From contig RPQV01000003.1 of NCBI GenBank assembly GCA_003818595.1, forward strand, positions 1 to 34,902: a DNA stretch of 34,902 nucleotides, written 5' to 3'. Both the position numbers and the translations under genes were made by a program. Below, piece by piece: positions 17,471 through 26,209 of the stretch (its first letter is position 1; every line of letters starts with the position of its first letter). The notes beneath the pieces were generated by a model that saw only the letters and a program-made list of their open reading frames with translations, was not told the origin of the DNA and did no database searches. The stretch is from Calditrichota bacterium. Its GTDB lineage: Bacteria > Zhuqueibacterota > Zhuqueibacteria > Residuimicrobiales > Krinioviventaceae.

Positions 17471-18235
17471 TTATGCCAGGATTGAATAGCCGCCGTCAAC
17501 AACAATGGTTTGTCCCTGGATTTGTTCAGCAAATGGGCTGCACAAATATAAAACGACATTGGCAACATCTTCCGGCGTCGTCAACCGCCCCGTCGGCGTT
17601 CTTTTACTCGACTCTCCCAATAGGGAATCACGGTTGGGGAAATGTTTCAAGGCGTCTGTATCCACGACTCCGGCAGAAACGGCATTGACGCGAATTTTAT
17701 GAGGCGCCAACTCGAGCGCCAAGTGTCGAATTAACGATTCCAAAGCGGCTTTGGATGCACCCACCGCCGAATAGTTGGGAATCGCACGAACAGAACCCAG
17801 ACTCGAAACAGCAATGATGACCCCGCCATGGGTCATCAGGGGGACTGATTCCTGAGTTAAGGGCAACAAAGTGCCGGCATTGATGTTCATCGTCCATTGC
17901 CAGTGTCGCGGCGTCAATTCAAGAGCCGGTTTTAAAACCCCTGAGGCGGCATTGCTGATCAAAATATCCAACCGACCAAACGTGTTTTTGACCTGATTGA
18001 CCATGTCATGAATATTTTCTGCCTCGCCGACATTCGCGCGGATGGCGAGCGCTTTCACGCCATGGCTTTCAATCAAACTGACCGTTTCATCTGCCGCCGT
18101 CCTTTGACGGAGATAATTGATCGCCACATTGACGCCGGCTTCCGCCAAACGAATCGCGATGGCGCGGCCAATACCGCGTGATCCTCCGGTGATCAGTGCG
18201 GCTTTGCCGGTTAATGACAAACTTAAATCACTCAT
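17471..18235 (-). CDS. fabL: Enoyl-[acyl-carrier-protein] reductase FabL-type (SDR family)
   Basis: GKAALITGGSRGIGRAIA is the Rossmann motif. FGRLD..SNAASGVLKP...HWQWTMNINA...SSLGSVRAIPNYSAVGASKAALESLIRHLALELAP..IRVNAVSAGVVDTDALKHFPNRD tracks Bacillus FabL almost block for block, as far as I remember that sequence. Confidence 0.8.
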   Translation of the reverse strand: MSDLSLSLTGKAALITGGSRGIGRAIAIRLAEAGVNVAINYLRQRTAADETVSLIESHGVKALAIRANVGEAENIHDMVNQVKNTFGRLDILISNAASGVLKPALELTPRHWQWTMNINAGTLLPLTQESVPLMTHGGVIIAVSSLGSVRAIPNYSAVGASKAALESLIRHLALELAPHKIRVNAVSAGVVDTDALKHFPNRDSLLGESSKRTPTGRLTTPEDVANVVLYLCSPFAEQIQGQTIVVDGGYSILA

Positions 18236-18250
18236 CTTGATTACCCTTTT

Positions 18251-20281
18251 TCAATGAACAAACAGAATTTTATTATTGATGACGGAATTCTCTGACGACA
18301 AACGAATGAAATACAATCCGGCGGGAAGAATTCCCCCGATGTCGTCTGAACCATCCCAGGAAAGAGTCTGAATTCCAAAAGCGATACGCTGATGATACAA
18401 AATTTTAACCTTTTGTCCTAAGATATTGTATATGCTGATGTCAACGAAATGAGGAGCATCTTTTTCCGGCGCTTGAAAAATGATAGTTGTTTGCTCCCCT
18501 TTTCGAAACGGATTGGGATAATTTTGAACGAGAGCAAATGCGTCCGGCAGCAGAGCGGCAGACCCCGGCGATGCAACGATATCATATTGTTTTAACAATG
18601 CATGCTGCGGGTCGATGATGAGTTCAAGCGGCTTTTCCGTGATCTGCAGCCGAAAATGATTCAAGCGATCGGACAACCAAAGCGAATCTACAACAACAGT
18701 TGTTTTTGTTTTTATTTCAATCATCAACGGAAACGAAAATTGAAAATAGCGCCATTGCCGTTGCTCGATGTCAATTGTCATATCAAAAGCGCTATCCGCG
18801 CCGGCCGTAAAATTCCAGGAGATATCTAGATCAGGAAATCCGGGCTGATGCAGCCATTGATCGAAAAACCAGGAGAGCGAACGTCCACTCTCTTCTTCGG
18901 CGACGCTGATGAAATCTGCGGTCAAGACATTGCCATAAGCATATCGGGCGGCATAGTTCCTCAGCGTCCGCATAAAGGCATCTTGTCCAATGGTCCAACG
19001 CAGCATGTGCAGAATCCACGCCCCTTTTTGATATACTGTTGCTCCCCAAAGATAAGCCGGATTATAGACCGTAAAATGGCCTCGACGCGACACCTCCGCA
19101 AAATAGGCTTCAGCAAGATGCTCCATATAAAGAGAGAGATAATTCCCGCCATACAATGATTCGAAATAGAGCGCCTCAGAATAGGTTGCAAAGCCCTCGT
19201 TCAGCCATATATCTTTCCAATCCGCCAAGGTGACATAATTTCCCCACCAATGATGCGCAAGCTCATGTGCAACAATATATTCATACTGATTATCTCCGGT
19301 CAAGAGCTGATTGGAAAACGTGGTCAGCGTTTGATGTTCCATCGCACCACGATTATTCGCTTCGACCATTCGATAATTGGAAAAGGGATAGGGACAAAAC
19401 GCCGTTTCAAAAAAGTTCATCATGACCGCGAGATTTTTCAAATCTTTTTTAGCTTTATCAACATCATGCGGGAAAATTAAAGCCTGAATCGACAGTGAAT
19501 CACCGGAGATTGAGCGGTACGGATAGTCCAAAGTGCTGTATTCTCCAATCGCCAAGGCGATTAAATAGGGCGCAATGGGATGAACTTCGCGCCAATGAAA
19601 AATGTTACGATTTCCTTCCTGAGCAAATGAAACCAGCTCACCATTCGAGAATGCCTGCGCTGGTGTAGGAACATTGATTTGAAGGTCCAAAAGAGCTTTA
19701 TCCCAGGGTTCATCATGCGACGGAATCCAATAGCGCAGCATCGATGGCGGATAAGAATTGATGCCCTGTCCAATGGTAAAAACAGAATTATCAGTGAAAA
19801 AAAAGCCGCCGAAACCATCATTGGTTGGTGTTCCTTGATAATCGATCGCCGCCAAAATGGTGTCCGCAGGAAGGAATTTCGAAATATAAAGTTTATCGGC
19901 GGTCTGCTTAAAGGAGACCCCGTTACCGTTGATTGAAACCGCCGTCACGTTCAACTTGATCAGATCAAGATCAAATTGGGATAATTGAGTGATTGGAAAA
20001 ACAATCGTTAATAAAGCCCTGCCGGTCAACATTTTTACTGACGGTTCCACGAGCAAATCGACTTGATAATGTATAATATCGATTGAATCGTTGACCTCCC
20101 GAGAGTGAAAGGACTGAATCCCGGCTGAATGAGAATTCGGAATCGAGTGCTTTGCCTGAACCTGAGCGACCAAAAGAGAGCCAAAGCAAAAGAGCAGTAA
20201 ATGTGAATAGAGTCTCTTCAATGACGCGGATCCTTCAGTTGGGTCATGACCAAAAGAGAGATGACGATGACGCCGCTCCAT
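18251..20281 (-). CDS. M1-family zinc aminopeptidase with T9SS C-terminal sorting domain
   Basis: GAMEH (GxMEN-type), HELAHHWWGN (HExxH) and WLNEGFATY (third ligand Glu). The tail QNYPNPF...ISIYNILGQKV...AGLYFIRL...KILFVH is a T9SS CTD. The annotated ATG at 20281 gives a 22-aa non-hydrophobic leader. An in-frame TTG at 20221 would give (M)KRLYSHLLLFCFGSLLVAQVQA, a clean signal peptide. Confidence 0.85.
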   Translation of the reverse strand: MERRHRHLSFGHDPTEGSASLKRLYSHLLLFCFGSLLVAQVQAKHSIPNSHSAGIQSFHSREVNDSIDIIHYQVDLLVEPSVKMLTGRALLTIVFPITQLSQFDLDLIKLNVTAVSINGNGVSFKQTADKLYISKFLPADTILAAIDYQGTPTNDGFGGFFFTDNSVFTIGQGINSYPPSMLRYWIPSHDEPWDKALLDLQINVPTPAQAFSNGELVSFAQEGNRNIFHWREVHPIAPYLIALAIGEYSTLDYPYRSISGDSLSIQALIFPHDVDKAKKDLKNLAVMMNFFETAFCPYPFSNYRMVEANNRGAMEHQTLTTFSNQLLTGDNQYEYIVAHELAHHWWGNYVTLADWKDIWLNEGFATYSEALYFESLYGGNYLSLYMEHLAEAYFAEVSRRGHFTVYNPAYLWGATVYQKGAWILHMLRWTIGQDAFMRTLRNYAARYAYGNVLTADFISVAEEESGRSLSWFFDQWLHQPGFPDLDISWNFTAGADSAFDMTIDIEQRQWRYFQFSFPLMIEIKTKTTVVVDSLWLSDRLNHFRLQITEKPLELIIDPQHALLKQYDIVASPGSAALLPDAFALVQNYPNPFRKGEQTTIIFQAPEKDAPHFVDISIYNILGQKVKILYHQRIAFGIQTLSWDGSDDIGGILPAGLYFIRLSSENSVINNKILFVH

Positions 20282-20421
20282 AACAGCAGAACCGTAGACC
20301 GCATCGGTTTAACCATGAGCAATTCATACCCAATGAACAAAAAGGCGATGGAAATATAGATGATCCCGCGTTTTTTGTAGGGATGAGCTGTTTTAAATTT
20401 TTGCATTAATTTTGACGGCAT
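20218..20421 (-). CDS. Small hypothetical membrane protein (2 TM)
   Basis: The track ORF is 20218..20472. The second Met (20421) avoids overlap with the upstream methyltransferase. MPSKLMQKFKTAHPYKKRGIIYISIAFLFIGYELLMV...LLLWSGVIVISLLVM. Its stop (TGA) overlaps the alternative TTG start of the peptidase. No recognisable family. Confidence 0.4.
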   Translation of the reverse strand: MPSKLMQKFKTAHPYKKRGIIYISIAFLFIGYELLMVKPMRSTVLLLWSGVIVISLLVMTQLKDPRH

Positions 20422-20434
20422 CCGTTTTACACTC

Positions 20435-20977
20435 TTAAAAATTATGATCTTCCCATTGTCTGACCAGTTCATACATCATAACACCAAAAGCAACCGAAAC
20501 ATTTAAGGATTGTTTGATCCCAAACATGGGAATTTCAACAGCGATATCGCAAAAATCTAAAAGCGATTCCTGAATTCCCAGATACTCATTTCCCAGAACA
20601 ACACATAAAGGAAAATGATAAGGTGCCCGATTAAAGTCAATGCTTTTATTGGTGTGTTCAAGCGCAACGATCTGCACCCCGTTGCGTTTAAGTTCAGCGA
20701 GAACATCCGCGGCAGAGGCGGAATAGCTCCACGGCACAGTTTCCTCTGCTCCCAAACTGGTTTTGCGGATTTCATCTCGCGGCGGCTTAGCCGTGATGCC
20801 GCAAAGATACAGATGTTCAACCAATGTCGCATCCGCCGAGCGGAAAATGGAGCCCACATTGTGAAGACTGCGAACATTGTCGACCAGCGCACTGAAGGGA
20901 TGACGCCTTTGTTCCGCAATTTCAGCCGCTGTCGGGCGTTTGCTGTGAATTTCTTCAAAAGCCAGTTTTCGCATCAA
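20435..20977 (-). CDS. SpoU/TrmH-family RNA 2'-O-methyltransferase (SPOUT)
   Basis: 180 aa. LHNVGSIFRSADA, VALEHT, VVLGNEYLGI and IPMFGIKQSLNVSVAFGVMMYE are the three SPOUT motifs. Confidence 0.85.
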   Translation of the reverse strand: MMRKLAFEEIHSKRPTAAEIAEQRRHPFSALVDNVRSLHNVGSIFRSADATLVEHLYLCGITAKPPRDEIRKTSLGAEETVPWSYSASAADVLAELKRNGVQIVALEHTNKSIDFNRAPYHFPLCVVLGNEYLGIQESLLDFCDIAVEIPMFGIKQSLNVSVAFGVMMYELVRQWEDHNF

Positions 20978-21009
20978 ATCGATCGTCTCTTAAACATTCA
21001 AATAAGCAA

Positions 21010-22770
21010 TTAAAATTCATTGACCAGCCCGACGTGTAAAAGACCACTCATGACTCCCTGTTTTTCTCCATAGGCGAGGCCATAATCAATGCCCATGATT
21101 CCCAAACCGGTCTCCAGTCGCACTCCAAAACCATACCCAATCTTGAGCGCATGTGCAGAATTCATATAGTTATTTTCATAATATCCGACATCAACAAACG
21201 TGAACGCCCGCGATCGTCTGCCCATGATATAACGATATTCTGCATTGATCCAGGCGATGATTGAACCTCTAAATTGATCTTCTCGATACCCGCGCAGACT
21301 TTTTGTACCACCCAGGCGAAATAAATCGGATATGGGAATTCGTTTTTCGGAACTGATGAGTTGCCTTCCATGCAAAGACATGCTCAACAGTTGTCGTTTG
21401 AACGTGGGAATAAAAAAATCAAGATCGAGAACAAGGCGTTTATGATTTACTTTTTTCTCAATCGACAACAGGTCGATCAGATCCGGCGGTCCAAGATTGC
21501 TTTTCCGCCCGGTTTCTAAACTGGTAAAATAATAGAGCCCTTTTTGAGGATTCAAGAGATCATCGCGAGAATCAAATGAAAGCCCAATACTCGTGCTGAG
21601 AGAGGAACTCTTGGGAATGGCCAGAGAATAACTGGCTGAAGAATCGGGAAGGATGCTGCTTTTTCTGAGAGCGGCGATGATGGAAAAATTCTCCAGCAGA
21701 GGAAGCTGCAGATCCAGTCCGACTTGACGTTCAATATAAGAAGAATCTTGAATCAGTTGCTGAAATCCGAAACCGGCGTTTACCGGATATCCGGCGATCC
21801 AGGGTTCAAGATAATGAAACAGCAAATCCTGCGACGCGCGATCCCGCTTCTGCCAATGAGCGAGAATTGAACGTCCCGAACCAAACAGATTGCCCAGTTT
21901 GATATCGATCAGACCGGTGAAATATCCTTTTTCCTCACCCGTCCCCGGCGTATAGCCTACGACGCCGTCGAAACGACTATTGCCGGCTTCCTGGAGCTTT
22001 ATGAGCAAACCGCCTTCCTGTTCCGTGGCTAAAAATATCTCCGGCGGAAGAACGTGATGAAAAAGTCCCAGGCGCATGAGCCGGGACTGGATTTTTGAAA
22101 ACTTTTGATAATTGAACGCCTCGCCTTCTTTGATGCGGATTTCACGAAGAATGACTTTTTTCAGCGTCACTTCATTACCGATAATTTGAATTTCCTTCAA
22201 AATGGGCTGCGGACCCTTGACCACTTTATAATGAAAATTCACCGCCTCTTTCTGAGACGAGGATGAATCCAATTGAATCGATTGCAGAACCAGCTGCACA
22301 AAAGGATAGCCCTTTTTTTCAAAGGATGTAACCGAGTCTTCCAATTTTTCATCAAGGCGATTGACATTGAGTGATTTTCCAGAGGGAATATCGATCAGAT
22401 CATCAAGGTCCTGTACCTCCTGCTCCGTCAATCCGCTAAAGGAGACGGCGCCGGTCACCAATTGTGAGCCCTCATTCAGGTAAAGCGATAGAGAAACATC
22501 AAGGCTGTCGGAACCCTGGCGAAAAATCAACGAGTCAATTCTGGCATACGGAAAGCCGGCTTTGGCGTACTCCTGCAGGAGCCTGGTACAATTTTTGGGC
22601 AGATCATCCGGATTGAATGGAGTGTTTTTATCGATGGCAAACCATTGTTTCAATAAAGAAGAGGAAATAATCTGATTCCCACTGAAATCGATCTGTTGAA
22701 TGATCGGTTTTTCTGCGGCAAAAATGCGTCCGAAAGGAAACATGAAAAGAAGAATCAAACCATATTTCAT
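21010..22770 (-). CDS. Omp85/BamA-TamA-family outer-membrane protein (short form, ~3 POTRA-like repeats + barrel)
   Basis: Signal peptide MKYGLILLFMFPFGRIFAAE. POTRA-like segments include IQQIDFSGNQIISSSLLKQWF and IQIIGNEVTLKKVILREIRIKEGEAFN. The barrel carries RLGGTKSLRGYREDQF and ends in ...GLVNEF. It starts 3 nt after the stop of the 1139-aa gene. Confidence 0.85.
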   Translation of the reverse strand: MKYGLILLFMFPFGRIFAAEKPIIQQIDFSGNQIISSSLLKQWFAIDKNTPFNPDDLPKNCTRLLQEYAKAGFPYARIDSLIFRQGSDSLDVSLSLYLNEGSQLVTGAVSFSGLTEQEVQDLDDLIDIPSGKSLNVNRLDEKLEDSVTSFEKKGYPFVQLVLQSIQLDSSSSQKEAVNFHYKVVKGPQPILKEIQIIGNEVTLKKVILREIRIKEGEAFNYQKFSKIQSRLMRLGLFHHVLPPEIFLATEQEGGLLIKLQEAGNSRFDGVVGYTPGTGEEKGYFTGLIDIKLGNLFGSGRSILAHWQKRDRASQDLLFHYLEPWIAGYPVNAGFGFQQLIQDSSYIERQVGLDLQLPLLENFSIIAALRKSSILPDSSASYSLAIPKSSSLSTSIGLSFDSRDDLLNPQKGLYYFTSLETGRKSNLGPPDLIDLLSIEKKVNHKRLVLDLDFFIPTFKRQLLSMSLHGRQLISSEKRIPISDLFRLGGTKSLRGYREDQFRGSIIAWINAEYRYIMGRRSRAFTFVDVGYYENNYMNSAHALKIGYGFGVRLETGLGIMGIDYGLAYGEKQGVMSGLLHVGLVNEF

Positions 22771-22773
22771 AGA

Positions 22774-25700
22774 TCACCGAAAAGCAGCCGTGATTTGAGC
22801 CCTTCCAGTATGGATGACTCCATGACGTTCAGGCTCATTGCGACCATTATAAGAAAGCGTGGCCTGCATGACTTCAGAAATTCGATAATCGAAACGAATA
22901 TCCACGCGAAATGATTTTCCCGCAGAACGTCCGTTGGCCATCTCGTACGGCAAAATTCTGTCGGATGGATTCACCTTGACAAAGCTCCATTCAAACTCTC
23001 CTCTCACTCGGCCCTTGTTCTTGATCGAATAGGTCATCTGCGGAATGACGGCAAACGACTGAACTTTGGTCGGCAGCAGGTAATATAAATCTTTTTCGAG
23101 GGAAAAACGACCCTCTAATGATAATTTAATGATCGAGACGGGAGTGATGGAAATATCCGAGTTGATCTTCAGAGAGTGAATGTCTCGGTTTTGTTTTCCT
23201 TGATAATTGAAAAATCGTGCAGTGCGGCTGTTCGTTACCTCGGATTGGGAATTGACCTTTTCAGAAAAGCGAGTCGTCACTCGGGCAGAATATTCCTCTT
23301 CTTCTCTTTTTTCACCGCCTTCGAGAAATTGATTATTCAATTCGTCGCGCGAAGCGTAACGAAGGCGGAGCGAAAAATCTCGACTGCGTTCAAACAAGTA
23401 TAAATCCTGACGAAACTGCAGAGTGCCGAAAATTGTCTCTCCGGGAGAACGGAATTTTGAGAGTTTGAGCAGATAGATGTCGTTGACAGATTTGCGCTGA
23501 GTTCGTTCCTCGATGGTGACAAAAGATTCGGTGGATAAGGCTTTGACAACAGAATTCCAGAGCGGGCCTTTCTCCGAAGAGGAGTTTTTAAAGAAATTGG
23601 TTGGTTCCAGCCGCAGACGACCGCTTGTTTTTAATTCCACGGTGGGTATGAATTGATCTGTTGTTAGAATCCGCAGAATGTGATCACCAAGAGGATCATA
23701 AACATACTCCTTCAATTCTTCATCATAGCGATAATTGCCTTCGCCTTCGGGAACTGAAATATATACTTTTTCTTTGAGTGCCGTTGCGGTGTTGGCAATC
23801 TGATAATTCATGTTTGCATTAATAGCGCGATTGAACGGAATCAGTTGAGTGCGCAATTCCGCCAGATCAGTGCGGGAGTTTTCCATATTCGGCGAAGCAA
23901 AGGTCTTTACCCGATGCGTTAAATCGATGGAGGTCGTCCAAATTTTGAACCGCTCCAATAGAATTTGCATATTTTGTGTCTTGGCCAACGATTTTTCCGT
24001 GAATTGCTCAAAAGCAGTATACTCTTTATCTTTGCGTTGAGAATATTCACCGCTGATTTTCACCTTTGAAAAGGGCTCGAAAGAGAGTCCGGTTTTTAGG
24101 TCGTCAAATTTGAATCCGGTGAATAAAGAGTCAGACCAATTTTCCTTTTTTATTTCTCCTTCATATCGAATCATGGGGGAGAGGCGCCAAAAAGTCCATT
24201 GGACATCCCCCATTTGTCTCAGCCAGTCCGCCGATTGTTTGACAGCAGGGGATTCGCGCTCTATTTTCTCCAACCGATAACTTGTTTTGGGGAGTTTCCC
24301 CCAATTCAATGATTGCTCAAATTGCTTCCTCGAAGAGTAAAAGCTATCGCCTTTTTTAATCGAACCCCATTCTGTCGCCAAATGAAATCCGGTAAAAGGT
24401 TCATAGCTTGTTCTAAATTCTTTGACGAGCTCCTGTCGCGAGGCGGCGGCGGAGATATCCCATCTGCGATTGTATTCAACCTCGGTGGTGCGGTCGATAT
24501 CGGTAAATTGGTCGTCAATGGTTTTGTAGCGTCCTACAAGACCGATTTTCCCCAGGTTGAATCGACCGATACGCAGATGGGGCGGTTTAAATGAAAGTTC
24601 ATAGTTTTGAGCCAGCCCCTGATTATCCTGATCATCCACATTGGAAAAGCTGTTGACATCAAAAAAACTGAACGCCGTCTCGCCTTTCAAATTGATAAAA
24701 CTGAGCGGAGATGCATCGGCAAAGAAATTGATCATATTATGAGATTTTGGCAGGGGCAAAAGAATGACCGGAGCATATCTGCCTTTCCTGATGCCGACAA
24801 ATTCAAAAATGGCGTTCCCTTTATATTCATAATCGCCGTTCATGCTGCCGACATCCGAAAAGGTTATCAAATATTCACCCTGGTTCTCGCCCGCATATTT
24901 ATAATGATCATTTTCTTTCGTATAACGGCCATTCTGCGGGCCGACATAATTGGCTCCATTGATAACCGCTTTGGTGAGATCGTCTCCGGCGGCGGATAAT
25001 ATCGTTTGATAATCATCAGTCAATGTAAAGTCGAGCGGATTGTTTTTATCATCGGCTTCATGCAAAAAGAGCGAGCGCAGTTTAACTTTACTTTTCCAAA
25101 GATCAGCCGCCACTGAGGCGGAGTAAAGGTTTCTGCGATATTGTTCATCAGAATATTGAAAATCAATCGTGATGCGCGAATCAGAGGTGATCAGCCGTTT
25201 GCGGGTAAACGTGATTTGAGCGGATGAATAATCTATGGTATAATCATTGGTTTCGCCGCGGATCATCGCTTCGCCGTCAATAAAGACGCGTTCAGTTCCT
25301 GCCAGAACGATAATGTCGATTTGACCGCGATCTCCTTTGAGCTGATACGGACCTTGATTTCCCTCTTGTCCGGTGAACGCCATTGAATAATACTTTCCCC
25401 GCGACACAGCGGCTGATGCTTTTGCCGAAATATTTTTATAGGCAGTTTCCCCTAAAACGCCCTGAAGCTTTCGGTTATATCTGGACAACTCGGTTTCTGA
25501 ATATTCAATCTGAAAATCTCCCAGGGTTGTTGAAAATGAGGGAGATTTGATTTGAATGAAAACCTTGTCAATTTCCTGTAGGTTCTGAGTAGTGCCGTCC
25601 GGCTGAATGGGGGTCGTTTGATCTGTCAAAGCCGCAATCACTTCCACCTGTTCACCGACTTTGCCCGCAACATTGATATTCAAGGCCGAATTTACCTTTA

Positions 25701-26193
25701 AGCCGCGGTTAGAGCCGACGGTCACTCCGCGGGTGATGCTCCCGCTTTTTGAAAGTTTGGACGCATAATCTTCTTCGCCTGCCTGGTCTGCCGGAGCGTT
25801 AACGTCCTGCATCAGCGCCGGCGCGCCGAAAACGCGATGCAGTATTTGGCGATGAAAGACCGACTTTTTGAGCGGGAAAGGGAATACCTTGTAATTGATG
25901 CGAATTTCAACTTCTTTGGCGACGGACTCTTCGAATCGAAGTTCACCACGAATATAGTCAAGAGAATAAGCGGAGGATTGCAGTTTGCTGTCGTTCAGAT
26001 AGACCGTTTCCGAATGTTCGATGATCAGGCTGTCTGGAAGGAGATAAGGCCCGCGACGGTCTTCACCCAATATGACAAAATCTTTTTCATACAGTCGTAT
26101 GTTTTCCAATTTTCCTTTGCTTTGCGAAAAAAGGAGAGTCGAAAAAATAAAAAAAAGGAAATAGGATTTATAAAGCAAAGGATTCACCAACAA
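22774..26193 (-). CDS. 1139-aa hypothetical secreted protein, predicted giant outer-membrane beta-barrel; no recognisable domain
   Basis: Uninterrupted ORF with a TTG start and the signal-like N-terminus LVNPLLYKSYFLFFIFSTLLFSQS. Composition is beta-rich with alternating hydrophobicity throughout. The C-terminal strands IRFDYRISEVMQATLSYNG...HTGRAQITAAFR look like an OMP beta-signal. I recognised no OstA, AsmA/DUF490, POTRA or catalytic motifs. Confidence 0.75.
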   Translation of the reverse strand: MLVNPLLYKSYFLFFIFSTLLFSQSKGKLENIRLYEKDFVILGEDRRGPYLLPDSLIIEHSETVYLNDSKLQSSAYSLDYIRGELRFEESVAKEVEIRINYKVFPFPLKKSVFHRQILHRVFGAPALMQDVNAPADQAGEEDYASKLSKSGSITRGVTVGSNRGLKVNSALNINVAGKVGEQVEVIAALTDQTTPIQPDGTTQNLQEIDKVFIQIKSPSFSTTLGDFQIEYSETELSRYNRKLQGVLGETAYKNISAKASAAVSRGKYYSMAFTGQEGNQGPYQLKGDRGQIDIIVLAGTERVFIDGEAMIRGETNDYTIDYSSAQITFTRKRLITSDSRITIDFQYSDEQYRRNLYSASVAADLWKSKVKLRSLFLHEADDKNNPLDFTLTDDYQTILSAAGDDLTKAVINGANYVGPQNGRYTKENDHYKYAGENQGEYLITFSDVGSMNGDYEYKGNAIFEFVGIRKGRYAPVILLPLPKSHNMINFFADASPLSFINLKGETAFSFFDVNSFSNVDDQDNQGLAQNYELSFKPPHLRIGRFNLGKIGLVGRYKTIDDQFTDIDRTTEVEYNRRWDISAAASRQELVKEFRTSYEPFTGFHLATEWGSIKKGDSFYSSRKQFEQSLNWGKLPKTSYRLEKIERESPAVKQSADWLRQMGDVQWTFWRLSPMIRYEGEIKKENWSDSLFTGFKFDDLKTGLSFEPFSKVKISGEYSQRKDKEYTAFEQFTEKSLAKTQNMQILLERFKIWTTSIDLTHRVKTFASPNMENSRTDLAELRTQLIPFNRAINANMNYQIANTATALKEKVYISVPEGEGNYRYDEELKEYVYDPLGDHILRILTTDQFIPTVELKTSGRLRLEPTNFFKNSSSEKGPLWNSVVKALSTESFVTIEERTQRKSVNDIYLLKLSKFRSPGETIFGTLQFRQDLYLFERSRDFSLRLRYASRDELNNQFLEGGEKREEEEYSARVTTRFSEKVNSQSEVTNSRTARFFNYQGKQNRDIHSLKINSDISITPVSIIKLSLEGRFSLEKDLYYLLPTKVQSFAVIPQMTYSIKNKGRVRGEFEWSFVKVNPSDRILPYEMANGRSAGKSFRVDIRFDYRISEVMQATLSYNGRNEPERHGVIHTGRAQITAAFR

Positions 26194-26209
26194 TCTTTTT
26201 GCACAAGGA

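Noticed and set aside
20557-21013. 133-aa (-) and 132-aa (+) ORFs within the SpoU methyltransferase gene
   Set aside because: These are alternative-frame or antisense shadows. The SPOUT motifs are all in the 20435..20977 frame.
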